Positions 52,464-61,800 of a stretch of 64,000 bases of DNA are shown here, piece by piece (within the stretch, counting starts at the first letter, position 1; the number at the start of each line of letters is the position of its first letter). The DNA comes from an uncultured Bacilli bacterium (GTDB lineage: Bacteria; Bacillota_I; Bacilli_A; RF39; UBA660): contig CANQON010000006.1 in assembly GCA_947625505.1 (NCBI GenBank), positions 3,903 to 67,902 on the forward strand, in the 5' to 3' direction. The notes beneath the pieces were generated by a model. That model saw only the letters and a program-made list of their open reading frames with translations. It did no database searches and was not told where the DNA came from. A program made the translations under genes and the position numbers.

Positions 52464-53137
52464 TGCGCGGAAAAGTCATCCTAGTAGAGGGAACTGATTG
52501 TTCTGGTAAAGAAACCCAAGCTAATTTATTAGTACAATATTTAAAAGAACAAGGCATAGAAGCTATAAAAATAGGCTTTCCTGATTATGAAAGCCCAACA
52601 GGTAAGATTATTGGAGGTCCTTATTTAGGAAAAGAATATATATGTCATGGATGGTTTCCTGAAACAGCAGCTAATGTAGATGCTAAAGTATCAGCTTTAT
52701 ATTATGGTGCTGATTTCTTATATCATAAAGATATGATGAATGAAATATTAGAAAGTGGAAAATGGATTGTTTTAGATCGTTATTTTTATTCATCATTTGC
52801 GCACCAAGGAGGAAAGATTGCTAGTAAAAATAAACGTATGGAAATGTATAAATGGTTAGAAAAATTAGAGTTTGACTTGTTAGGATTAATTGATCCTGAT
52901 ATTAAGTTATTCTTACATATGCCATATGAATGTAGTCTTACATTAAAGAAGAATAGGGAAGAGCCTGCCGATGAAAATGAAAAGAATGAACATCATTTAA
53001 GGAGTGCTGAAAAAGCATATAAAGAAATTGCTAAATTATATGGCTTTATCACAATTAAATGTGGTGATACAAATAAAATAAAAACAATTGAAGAAATTCA
53101 TAAAGAAATTATAAAAAAATTAAAAAAGATGTTATAA
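52463..53137 (+). CDS. tmk: Thymidylate kinase
   Basis: EGTDCSGKETQ P-loop, FPDYESPTG, LDRY; coupled to thyX. Confidence 0.85.
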   Translation: MRGKVILVEGTDCSGKETQANLLVQYLKEQGIEAIKIGFPDYESPTGKIIGGPYLGKEYICHGWFPETAANVDAKVSALYYGADFLYHKDMMNEILESGKWIVLDRYFYSSFAHQGGKIASKNKRMEMYKWLEKLEFDLLGLIDPDIKLFLHMPYECSLTLKKNREEPADENEKNEHHLRSAEKAYKEIAKLYGFITIKCGDTNKIKTIEEIHKEIIKKLKKML

Positions 53138-53159
53138 TGATTATAGGGAGCTGATTAAT

Positions 53160-53579
53160 GTGCAAAAAGAAGATTATATCTCGTTAAGCCTTGATAAGTT
53201 AAAACAAACTATTGAACAGTTTAAAATGGATACATTAGATAACCAAGGTAAAACCATAATCAATTTATTAAAAGGAATAATGGTTGTAGAAAAACAGTCA
53301 GCTACACCTATTTCTATATATAATCAGTTAAAGGAAAGTTATTTTCAAAGTGATTTAGCAACGGCACATTTTATATGTAGTTTATATGGATATGAACCTA
53401 ATACTATGGATATGTACTTAGATATTTGCTTAGAACAAGTATTTGAAGATGAAATAGATATGAATGCTATTAAAGATAGAGTAAATAAGTTAAGAGAGTT
53501 AATGCGTAGTATTAATGGTGAATTAGAAGCTTCCTTAAATCAAAAATTACAAAAGTATCAATTAGAATTTAAGCTATAA
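53160..53579 (+). CDS. Hypothetical protein
   Basis: 139 aa ORF with own TGTTATAAT and SD GGGAG. Confidence 0.6.
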   Translation: MQKEDYISLSLDKLKQTIEQFKMDTLDNQGKTIINLLKGIMVVEKQSATPISIYNQLKESYFQSDLATAHFICSLYGYEPNTMDMYLDICLEQVFEDEIDMNAIKDRVNKLRELMRSINGELEASLNQKLQKYQLEFKL

Positions 53580-53641
53580 AAGATATTTACTTTTTTAGCT
53601 TTTTTTTTTATAATTATATTAGTATAGGGATAGGTGATACG

Positions 53642-54928
53642 ATGCATAGCTTTTTAAGAAAATTAAGAAGAAGATTAAACTTTCTAGATGAAAAAGAAAG
53701 AGATAAGGTTATAAATACATATCGTGATAAAATAAATGAAGAAATAAAAAAAGGAAAGAAAGAAAAAGATGCCGTTAATAGTTTAGGATCTCTTGATAAA
53801 GTAGTTAAAAAAGTATGTCAAGAACATAATATTGATTATGATTATTGCCATCGTCAAAATAATTTTGATAAAGATGTAACTAATTTATCTAATGTTATTG
53901 CTGAATTCTTAAGAGATATTATTAGAATTGTTCGTAAAGTTAAACTAAGTACATCTTTAGAATCTTTCTTAGAAGTAGTTATTAAGGTAATTGTATTAGT
54001 TTTATTATTTGTTGTAGCTAAGTTACCATTTATCTTATTAGAATCTTTAGCAGGATTTATAAATCGTTTTGTTTTCTATCCATTTAATAGTACATTTGAT
54101 ATGGCTGTTAACCTAATCTTATCTTTAGCATATTTAGTTGTATGTGTTATTATGACTCTTAAAGTCTTTGGTACTTATCAAGTAAAAGAGAAGAGACAAG
54201 TCAAAGAAGAAGAATTAGAAAAAGTAGATAAAGAGTATAATTGGTTAGATTTTATTGTACGTCTTGTTATCTATTTAGTTATTTTAATACCATTAGCTTT
54301 ATTAGCTTTAGTTGATTTGTTCATCTTAACTGTATCTGCTTATTTAGTAGCACGTGGTATCGATATGATAGGTATACCAATTATGTTAGCAGGTATCTTT
54401 GGATTATTATTTGCTTTATTTGCTATTATACGTGATTGTTTATATCGTAAGAGAAGATCATATTTACTTGCTGTTATGTTATCCGTTTTAGTCTTTATAA
54501 CAGGTATATTTATTACTATCAACGATTTCTCTAAATTCCAATATCCTAATAATTTAGATTTAAGTTCTATTAAGATAACAGAAGAAGAGAAAACTATTGA
54601 ATTAAACGATGTAGATAGTCGTATATATGTTAATAATGGTGATTATGAAGTATTATTAGATAATAATTTAATTGATGGTGAGATTAGAGTCGTTGTTAAT
54701 TATTATGATCAATATATTGATGTTAATTATTATCAAGAAGAAAAAAATAATGTTAATTACCTAGTTTTCGATTATAAATTAGATGATAAAATTACTTATA
54801 GTAATATAACAGAAAATGTTATTAAGGATTTAAAGAAAGGTTATATCTTTAATTATTCTAATGTTAAGAAAATAAAAGTAAAAGTATATGCTAATGATCG
54901 TACAAAGCTTAATTTAGAACAAAAATAA
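53642..54928 (+). CDS. DUF1700 (HAAS-like) membrane protein
   Basis: FLRKLRRRLNFLDEKERDKVINTY...AVNSLGS N-terminus followed by several TM helices. Confidence 0.75.
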   Translation: MHSFLRKLRRRLNFLDEKERDKVINTYRDKINEEIKKGKKEKDAVNSLGSLDKVVKKVCQEHNIDYDYCHRQNNFDKDVTNLSNVIAEFLRDIIRIVRKVKLSTSLESFLEVVIKVIVLVLLFVVAKLPFILLESLAGFINRFVFYPFNSTFDMAVNLILSLAYLVVCVIMTLKVFGTYQVKEKRQVKEEELEKVDKEYNWLDFIVRLVIYLVILIPLALLALVDLFILTVSAYLVARGIDMIGIPIMLAGIFGLLFALFAIIRDCLYRKRRSYLLAVMLSVLVFITGIFITINDFSKFQYPNNLDLSSIKITEEEKTIELNDVDSRIYVNNGDYEVLLDNNLIDGEIRVVVNYYDQYIDVNYYQEEKNNVNYLVFDYKLDDKITYSNITENVIKDLKKGYIFNYSNVKKIKVKVYANDRTKLNLEQK

Positions 54929-54934
54929 TGGATA

Positions 54935-54962
54935 AAGTCATCCTTTAAAAAGGATGACTTTT
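54935..54962 (+). terminator. Rho-independent terminator
   Basis: AAAGTCATCC-TTTAAAAA-GGATGACTTT. Confidence 0.75.
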
Positions 54963-55015
54963 ATTTGATATTTACGCTTGTTAGTGCTATAATTAACATT
55001 GAATTGAGGTGTAAC

Positions 55016-57139
55016 ATGAAAGATACATTAAAAGTAGGTTTAGCCAAATTAAAAACAATTGTTTCAACCAATATTTTAATGATTACTTTTATTATAAGTA
55101 CTGTTATTAATTCGGTTATAGTACGTGCTATGACAATAGGAATAGAAAATGCTTATTATATAAAACCTGTCATAGCTGATTTAACTATAGCTATTTTTGT
55201 AAGTTCTTTTGCTTTTTTCTTTAAGCCTAAGAATCGTTTTAAATACTTCTTTATTTGGAGTATTATATTTACTTTAGTATGTTTAATCAATGGAGTATAT
55301 TATAAGAATTATGTTTCTTTTGCTTCATTCTCCTTACTTGCTACTTTAACACAGTTAAAAGATTATACTAATGCTTTAGTTGATAATATCTTAGATGTTA
55401 AAGACTTTATTTATGTATGGCAATTATTCTGCTTAATATTTGTTCATCTTCAATTAAGAAAGAAAAAATATTATGATAAAGTTGAACAAGTAGAGAATCG
55501 TAAAGTTAGATTTTTAAATACGATTGTTGTTACCTTAATTACCTTAGGTTTCTTTATGAGTATGCTAACAAGTCTTGATGTTAGTCGTATGCGTAAACAA
55601 TGGAATCGTGAATATGTTGTTCAAGAATTTGGTATTTATACATATCAATTTAATGATTTATTTAGTTATATAAGAATTAAGACGAATAGCATGTTTGGAT
55701 ATGATGAAGCTGCTAAATCTTTTAGAGAGTATTATGGTACTAAAGAAAATGATGCTCATACTAATCGATATACTAATATATTTGCAGGAAAAAATGTTAT
55801 TGTTATTCATGCTGAGAGTATTCAAAACTTCTTAATAGAGGATGATAATTTAGAAGGTAAGCCTGCAACATTTAATGGCTTAGAAGTAACTCCTAACTTA
55901 AATAGAATAGCTAAAGAAGGATTATATTTCTCTAATTTCTATTCTGAAGAAGGTGCAGGTACTAGTAGTGATACAGAATTTACATTTAATAGTTCTTTAC
56001 TTCCTTCATCATTAGGTACAGTATTTATAAATTATTATAATCGTGATTATGTTACAACTCCTAAATTATTTAAAGAATTAGGTTATGCAACATCTAGTAT
56101 GCATGCTAATAAAGGTAGTTCATGGAATAGACAATTAGTTCATCCTAGATTAGGTTATGATGAATTATATTTCTATAAAGATGCTTATGATATACCAAAA
56201 GAAAGTATTTTAGGATTAGGATTAAATGATAAAGATTTCTTTAAACAATCTGTTGAACATATTAAGAAGATTGATGAAAAAAATGATAAATGGTATACAA
56301 CTTTAATTATGTTAACAAATCATACTCCATTTGATGGTATTATTAAGTATGAAGAAGAAACAGGAGATGTTTTCCCTGTTGATTATAAGTATGAAAAAGT
56401 TAATGAAGAAACAGGTAAAAAAGAGACTGTAAGTGCTCCATATATGGAAGGTACAGCCTTAGGATATTACTTCAAGAGTGCACATTATGCTGATGCTGCT
56501 ATTGGTGAGTTTATTGATGAATTAGATGAAGAAGGATTACTAGATAATACGGTTTTAATCATCTATGGAGATCATGATAATAAACAAAAAACAAAATATT
56601 ATAATCGTTATTATAACTACGATTATGAAAATGATCGTGTTCTAAAAGAAGGCGATGAGGGTTATAAAAATGTTGATTACTATTTCTATGAATTAAATCG
56701 TAGCGTTCCATTTATTATATGGACTAAAGATATGAAAGGAACTAAGTATAATCAAGAGATAACTAAAGTAATGGGTATGATAGATGTTCAACCTACTTTA
56801 GGAAATATGTTTGGTTTCTATAATAAATATGCTTTAGGTCATGATATCTTTAATATTGAAGAGAATGTTGTTGTATTCCCTTCAGGAAACTGGTTAACAG
56901 ATAAATTATATTACAATAGTGCTAAAGAAGAATTTAGACAGATAGATTCAAATAGTTCTATTCCAAATGAATATATAGATTATTATAAAAAATATTCTGA
57001 GAAAATAATTGAAGTATCTAATAATATTATTACATACGATTTAATTAAGAAAGTAGGAGAGAATCCTGATAATGAATTGTTAGAAGAGGTTGGTGACGAT
57101 AGTGGCGAAAAAACGCAAAGTAAAACTAAAAAAGGATAA
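55016..57139 (+). CDS. LTA synthase family (LtaS-like) phosphoglycerol transferase
   Basis: Five TM helices, IHAESIQ, GTSSDTEF, SMHAN, LTNHTPF, YGDH, VPFII. Confidence 0.9.
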   Translation: MKDTLKVGLAKLKTIVSTNILMITFIISTVINSVIVRAMTIGIENAYYIKPVIADLTIAIFVSSFAFFFKPKNRFKYFFIWSIIFTLVCLINGVYYKNYVSFASFSLLATLTQLKDYTNALVDNILDVKDFIYVWQLFCLIFVHLQLRKKKYYDKVEQVENRKVRFLNTIVVTLITLGFFMSMLTSLDVSRMRKQWNREYVVQEFGIYTYQFNDLFSYIRIKTNSMFGYDEAAKSFREYYGTKENDAHTNRYTNIFAGKNVIVIHAESIQNFLIEDDNLEGKPATFNGLEVTPNLNRIAKEGLYFSNFYSEEGAGTSSDTEFTFNSSLLPSSLGTVFINYYNRDYVTTPKLFKELGYATSSMHANKGSSWNRQLVHPRLGYDELYFYKDAYDIPKESILGLGLNDKDFFKQSVEHIKKIDEKNDKWYTTLIMLTNHTPFDGIIKYEEETGDVFPVDYKYEKVNEETGKKETVSAPYMEGTALGYYFKSAHYADAAIGEFIDELDEEGLLDNTVLIIYGDHDNKQKTKYYNRYYNYDYENDRVLKEGDEGYKNVDYYFYELNRSVPFIIWTKDMKGTKYNQEITKVMGMIDVQPTLGNMFGFYNKYALGHDIFNIEENVVVFPSGNWLTDKLYYNSAKEEFRQIDSNSSIPNEYIDYYKKYSEKIIEVSNNIITYDLIKKVGENPDNELLEEVGDDSGEKTQSKTKKG

Positions 57140-57752
57140 TATTTTAATTATTATTCTCTCAATAATACTTGTAGGCTTATTAGTATATCTATTCATGATG
57201 GCTAAAGATATCTTTAAGAAAGAAGAAGAGAAAGTACCTGAAACAAAAGTTGTTGATAAATTAGATGACTATGGTTATTTCTTAACTGATAATAATACGG
57301 AATATTATAAAAAACTATTTGATGAATTAAAAGATACACTAAATGCTGAAGAATTAGATGATGAGGCTTACGCTACTTTAGTTGCTAAAATGTTTACGGC
57401 TGATTTCTATGATTTAGATAGTAAACTTAGTAAAGGACAAGTAGGAGGAACACAATTTATTATTGATAAATATGAGGAAACATTCATTAAGAAAGCTACT
57501 TCAAGTAATGGTATGTATTATTATATAGAAAGTAATCTATATGATGAGCGTAAACAAGAATTACCTAAAGTAAAAAACGTTGAATTAGTATCTTTAAAGA
57601 GTTATCCATATAAATATCAAGATATAAATGATGAAAAAGGATATCAAGTTAATGTTAAAATAGAATATGAAAAAGACTTAGGATATCCTACAACCGTAGC
57701 TTTAAAGCTTGTTCATGTAGATAATAAAATATATGTCGCTGAAGTTGCATAA
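57102..57752 (+). CDS. Hypothetical membrane-anchored protein
   Basis: Basic N-terminus plus TM helix, ADFYDL..K...VGG and DLGYP motifs; GTG after GGTGA. Confidence 0.65.
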   Translation: MAKKRKVKLKKDNILIIILSIILVGLLVYLFMMAKDIFKKEEEKVPETKVVDKLDDYGYFLTDNNTEYYKKLFDELKDTLNAEELDDEAYATLVAKMFTADFYDLDSKLSKGQVGGTQFIIDKYEETFIKKATSSNGMYYYIESNLYDERKQELPKVKNVELVSLKSYPYKYQDINDEKGYQVNVKIEYEKDLGYPTTVALKLVHVDNKIYVAEVA

Positions 57753-57816
57753 AGAAGATGTAAATCTTCTTTTTTTATAGTAAAAATGATATACTAATAG
57801 TATTGGAGGATAAAGT

Positions 57817-58329
57817 ATGGTAGAACAAATAGTTAGTACAATTGTAGATTTATTTAGTGGTTTAAAAAGTATTCCTTTTGGACGTGAAATATTAGTATTC
57901 ATTATTTCTTTAATGCCTATATTAGAACTAAGAGGAGGATTAATTGCTGCTGCTTTATTACATTTAAATCCTATATCTAGTTATGTTATAAGTATTATTG
58001 GAAATATTATACCTGTACCATTTATCCTATGGTTTATAAACTATATATTAAATTGGATGCGTAATAGCAAAAGATTTAAAGGTATAGCTAATTGGTTAGA
58101 TAAAAAAGTAAATAAACATAAATCACAAATAGAGAAGTTTGGTTTTTGGGGACTAGTCTTTTTTGTAGGTATTCCATTACCTGGTACAGGAGCATGGACA
58201 GGTTGTTTAATAGCTGCTGTTTTAGAAATGGATAGAAAGAAATCATTTGTAGCAGCCATGATAGGTATCTTTATAGCGAGTATCATTATGATGATCTTAT
58301 CATTTGGTGTTCTAGGTTCATTAATATAA
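57817..58329 (+). CDS. Small multidrug export-like protein (COG2426)
   Basis: ISLMPILELRGG, GNIIPVP, FVGIPLPGTGAWTG. Confidence 0.9.
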   Translation: MVEQIVSTIVDLFSGLKSIPFGREILVFIISLMPILELRGGLIAAALLHLNPISSYVISIIGNIIPVPFILWFINYILNWMRNSKRFKGIANWLDKKVNKHKSQIEKFGFWGLVFFVGIPLPGTGAWTGCLIAAVLEMDRKKSFVAAMIGIFIASIIMMILSFGVLGSLI

Positions 58330-60329
58330 TGCGTAGTTTAGATAGTATTAAAGGTATAGGTCCTAAAACCATTAAATTGTTAGATAAATTAGGAATTAAT
58401 GATACTAATAGTTTACTTACTTATTATCCTTATCGTTTTGATGTAATTGCTAAAAGCAATATTGAAGCATTAGAACAAGATGATCATGTTATAACTGATG
58501 GTATAGTAGAAAATATACCTACAGTATTTTTCTTTAGTAAAAAACTTAATAAAATGACTTTTCGATTAAATACAGGTGATAATATTTATAATATTGTTAT
58601 CTTTAATCGTGCTTTTATGAAAAGTAATTTAAAAATAGGTACTAAGGTTATTATTATAGGTAAATATGATAAAAAACACTCTAGCATTGTAGCTAGTGAT
58701 ATTAAATTAGGTGTTCTACCTCCTAGACCTATGATAGAACCTATATATCATGTTACAAATGGTATAAGTAGTAATCAACTACATAAAATCATCTTAAATT
58801 ATTTAAATGATAATATAGAAGTAGAAGAATATATACCTGATTATTTAGTAGATAGATATAAACTAATTAACAAAAAAGATAGTATTTTAGAAATACATCA
58901 ACCTAGTAATAAAATTAATTTAAATAAAGCTTTAAACTATTTAAAATATGAAGAATTATTTTTATTTATGTTAAAGATGAACTATTTAAAACAAACAAGA
59001 GATAATATAGATGGTTTAAAAAGAAATGTTGAGTATGCTAAAGTAGAAGAATTTATCAACACTCTTCCATTTAAATTAACTGATGATCAAGATAAATGTG
59101 TGCATAACATATATGATGATTTAATGAGTACTAAAAGAATGAATAGATTAGTTCAAGGTGATGTAGGAAGTGGTAAAACAATTGTCGCTATTATCACTTT
59201 ATATATTAATTATTTAAGTCATTATCAAGGAGTATTAATGGCACCTACAGAAATATTAGCTATTCAACATTATAATAATTTAACTAATTTATTTAAAAAT
59301 ACTAATATTAAAGTAGAACTATTAACTGGTAAATTAAAACTAAGTGAAAAGAAAAAAATATATAAAAGATTAATTGATAATGAAATAGATATCTTAATAG
59401 GTACCCATGCTTTATTTAGTGAAGATGTCATATATAATAATTTAGGATTAGTAATTACCGATGAGCAACATCGTTTTGGTGTTAATCAAAGAAGTAGTTT
59501 AAAAAATAAAGGTATTACTCCTGATATATTATATTTAAGTGCTACCCCAATACCTAGAACATACGCTATTAGTTTATATGGTGATATGGATTTATCTAGT
59601 ATTCATACTATGCCAAGTGGTAGAAAAGATATTATTACTATTTTAAAAAAAGATGAAGAAATAAAAGATGTATTAGACCTTATGTATCAAGAGTTAAAGA
59701 AAAAGCACCAAATATATGTAGTAGCGCCTTTAATCGAAAAATCAGAAAATAGTGATATGGAAAATGTTTATGTTTTAAAAGAAAAAATGGATAAAGCCTT
59801 TGGTAAGATATGTAAAACAGCTATCTTACATGGTAAAATGTCAGCTAAAGAAAAAGATGAAGTAATGAATCAATACAAGAATAATGAAATAAGTATACTT
59901 ATTAGTACAACAGTTATCGAAGTAGGTGTAGATGTAAAGAACGCTACAATGATGGTTATCTTTGATAGTTATCGCTTTGGCTTATCACAATTACATCAGT
60001 TAAGAGGTAGAGTAGGACGTAATGATTTACAAAGTTATTGTGTCTTAATAAGTAGTAAAGAAACAGAAAGACTAAATATTTTAACAAAAACTAATGATGG
60101 CTTTAAAGTAAGTGAAGAAGACTTCAAATTAAGAGGAAGTGGCGACTTATTTGGTACTAGACAAAGTGGAGATATGCACTTTAATTTAGCCGATATTAAG
60201 CAAGATTTTAATATATTATTAAGAGCTAAAGAAGATAGTGCTGAAATATTAAATAGTCAAGAATTTGTCAACAACGGGAAATATAGTAATCTTAAGATAT
60301 TACTTGAAAAATCAATGAATATATCATAA
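58329..60329 (+). CDS. recG: ATP-dependent DNA helicase RecG
   Basis: QGDVGSGKT, MAPTEILA, DEQHRFG, SATPIPRT, TTVIEVGVD, QLHQLRGRVGR, DFKLRGSG. Confidence 0.97.
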   Translation: MRSLDSIKGIGPKTIKLLDKLGINDTNSLLTYYPYRFDVIAKSNIEALEQDDHVITDGIVENIPTVFFFSKKLNKMTFRLNTGDNIYNIVIFNRAFMKSNLKIGTKVIIIGKYDKKHSSIVASDIKLGVLPPRPMIEPIYHVTNGISSNQLHKIILNYLNDNIEVEEYIPDYLVDRYKLINKKDSILEIHQPSNKINLNKALNYLKYEELFLFMLKMNYLKQTRDNIDGLKRNVEYAKVEEFINTLPFKLTDDQDKCVHNIYDDLMSTKRMNRLVQGDVGSGKTIVAIITLYINYLSHYQGVLMAPTEILAIQHYNNLTNLFKNTNIKVELLTGKLKLSEKKKIYKRLIDNEIDILIGTHALFSEDVIYNNLGLVITDEQHRFGVNQRSSLKNKGITPDILYLSATPIPRTYAISLYGDMDLSSIHTMPSGRKDIITILKKDEEIKDVLDLMYQELKKKHQIYVVAPLIEKSENSDMENVYVLKEKMDKAFGKICKTAILHGKMSAKEKDEVMNQYKNNEISILISTTVIEVGVDVKNATMMVIFDSYRFGLSQLHQLRGRVGRNDLQSYCVLISSKETERLNILTKTNDGFKVSEEDFKLRGSGDLFGTRQSGDMHFNLADIKQDFNILLRAKEDSAEILNSQEFVNNGKYSNLKILLEKSMNIS

Positions 60330-60368
60330 TTTCCTAGAAAATAGACCTTTACATATAATTTATGTCTA

Positions 60369-60397
60369 TTGACTTATTTCCCAAAATAAGATACACT
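60369..60397 (+). promoter_or_regulatory. Sigma-A-type promoter with no downstream ORF
   Basis: TTGACT-17 nt-TACACT. Confidence 0.65.
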
Positions 60398-60403
60398 AAT
60401 AAT

Positions 60404-60501
60404 GGCATGTTACTCCATGCCCGTACTATTACGATTTAATGTGATAGTACACAACCAAAACCCCCTGAAGTTCCCTCGAGAGAGGGAACGCTTTTTGTTT
60501 T
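60404..60501 (+). ncRNA. Candidate ~95-nt structured small RNA
   Basis: Upstream promoter; hairpins GGCATG/CATGCC and GTACTATTAC/GTGATAGTAC; terminator GTTCCCTC-GAGA-GAGGGAAC plus T run. Confidence 0.5.
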
Positions 60502-60532
60502 ATAAGGGTTTCTGAGGTTTTTAATTTTTTCT

Positions 60533-60574
60533 AGATACCAAGCCAGATACCAAAAACCTTTTTTCAGATACCAA
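60533..60574. repeat. Three direct repeats AGATACCAA, likely integrase arm-type sites
   Basis: Copies at 60533, 60545 and 60566, immediately downstream of the integrase gene. Confidence 0.7.
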
Positions 60575-60597
60575 ATTTATTTTTTATTTAAGTTTAT

Positions 60598-61716
60598 TTA
60601 AATACCTAGATTTAAATTATCTATGGTATTTTTTACATTAGTAAGATTGTTTGGAAACATATGAGCATAAGTATCTAATGTTTCTTTAGTACTAGCATGT
60701 CCTAAATACTTAGATACAGTTGTTACTGGTTGACCAGTATTAATTAATAGAGATGCACAACTATGTCTAAAAGAGTGTAGTGGTATTCTTCTAATATCAG
60801 CACTTTCAGCAATTCGTTCATTTATTCTATGCATCATACCAAATGTTAATGGATCTAATTCTCCAAATATAAACCATTTTTCATTAAACCCATAGTATTT
60901 CTTCTTTTCATTATAAAGATTTATTAAATCGTTATATAATACATCAGTAAGAGGTAATGTCCTAATACTTTTAGAAGTTTTAGGTGGTGTTAGTTCATAA
61001 TACTTTTGACTATCTTTAATACTATTAGCTTGTTTAGTAATAGATACTAATTTATTATTCCAATCTATATCAGACCATTGTAGTCCACGACATTCACCAC
61101 GACGTAATCCACAATAATATAACATTTCAAACATTGTCTTATCATTTAAATTAGTAGCACCCGTAATATATTTTTGAAATTCTTCAAAAGTATAAACATC
61201 TTTTTCTTCTTTCATCTCATTTGGATCTTTGAAGAACTCTATTTTCTTATAAAAACGCATTAAATTAATATCATACATTTTCATACCCCAGTTAAGAATA
61301 ATTTTAAGAAATTTTTGAATATCATTTCTACTAGAACATTTAATAGGTTTATCCCATAATTCTTGTTGAAACTTGTGATATAGACTACCATCCATATCCT
61401 TTAACTTAACATTTTCAAAACTAGTAAAATATCTTCTTCTTTTTAAATATGTTTCCATAGTTCTTCTACGAACTTTATTTTTTTGTGATTCAATATATTG
61501 GTCGGTAAGAGCACCAAATGTCATATCCATATCTCCACCAAATTCAACCTTATTATTTAAAAACTCTCTTTCAGCATTCATTGCATCTAGTTTAGTTTTA
61601 TATGCTTGTGAAAATTTCTTCTTCCATTTTCCACTCTTATCTTTTTCGTTCCAATAATATTTATATTTACGACCATCTTTAGTCCATTGATTTTTAGGTA
61701 ATTTATATATTCCCAT
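60598..61716 (-). CDS. Tyrosine recombinase / site-specific integrase
   Basis: N-terminal arm-binding domain; GLRRGE, PKT, HSFRHS, LGHAS, TYAH catalytic set. Confidence 0.95.
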   Translation of the reverse strand: MGIYKLPKNQWTKDGRKYKYYWNEKDKSGKWKKKFSQAYKTKLDAMNAEREFLNNKVEFGGDMDMTFGALTDQYIESQKNKVRRRTMETYLKRRRYFTSFENVKLKDMDGSLYHKFQQELWDKPIKCSSRNDIQKFLKIILNWGMKMYDINLMRFYKKIEFFKDPNEMKEEKDVYTFEEFQKYITGATNLNDKTMFEMLYYCGLRRGECRGLQWSDIDWNNKLVSITKQANSIKDSQKYYELTPPKTSKSIRTLPLTDVLYNDLINLYNEKKKYYGFNEKWFIFGELDPLTFGMMHRINERIAESADIRRIPLHSFRHSCASLLINTGQPVTTVSKYLGHASTKETLDTYAHMFPNNLTNVKNTIDNLNLGI

Positions 61717-61800
61717 ATATCGTTCCTCCTTTGTTGGAATTTATAAATATACCAGTTCGTAACAACATTATTTTATCATATAAACTGATAATATTATAAA

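Noticed and set aside
50392-53137. HD protein + thyX + tmk as a phage-like base-modification cluster
   Set aside because: The HD gene is coupled to hemW and separated from thyX by a hairpin and a new promoter; no phage genes nearby
60329-60372. dif-like sequence (ATTTCCTAGAA and TTATGTCTATT) after recG
   Set aside because: The XerC-like and XerD-like arms are not separated by the required 6 bp
60404-60457. tRNA or tmRNA 3' end suggested by the terminal ACCA
   Set aside because: No TTCRA T-loop and no acceptor stem pairing
60420-60574. CRISPR array
   Set aside because: Only one repeat-like palindrome; the AGATACCAA repeats are 9 bp with 3- and 12-bp gaps; no cas genes in the window
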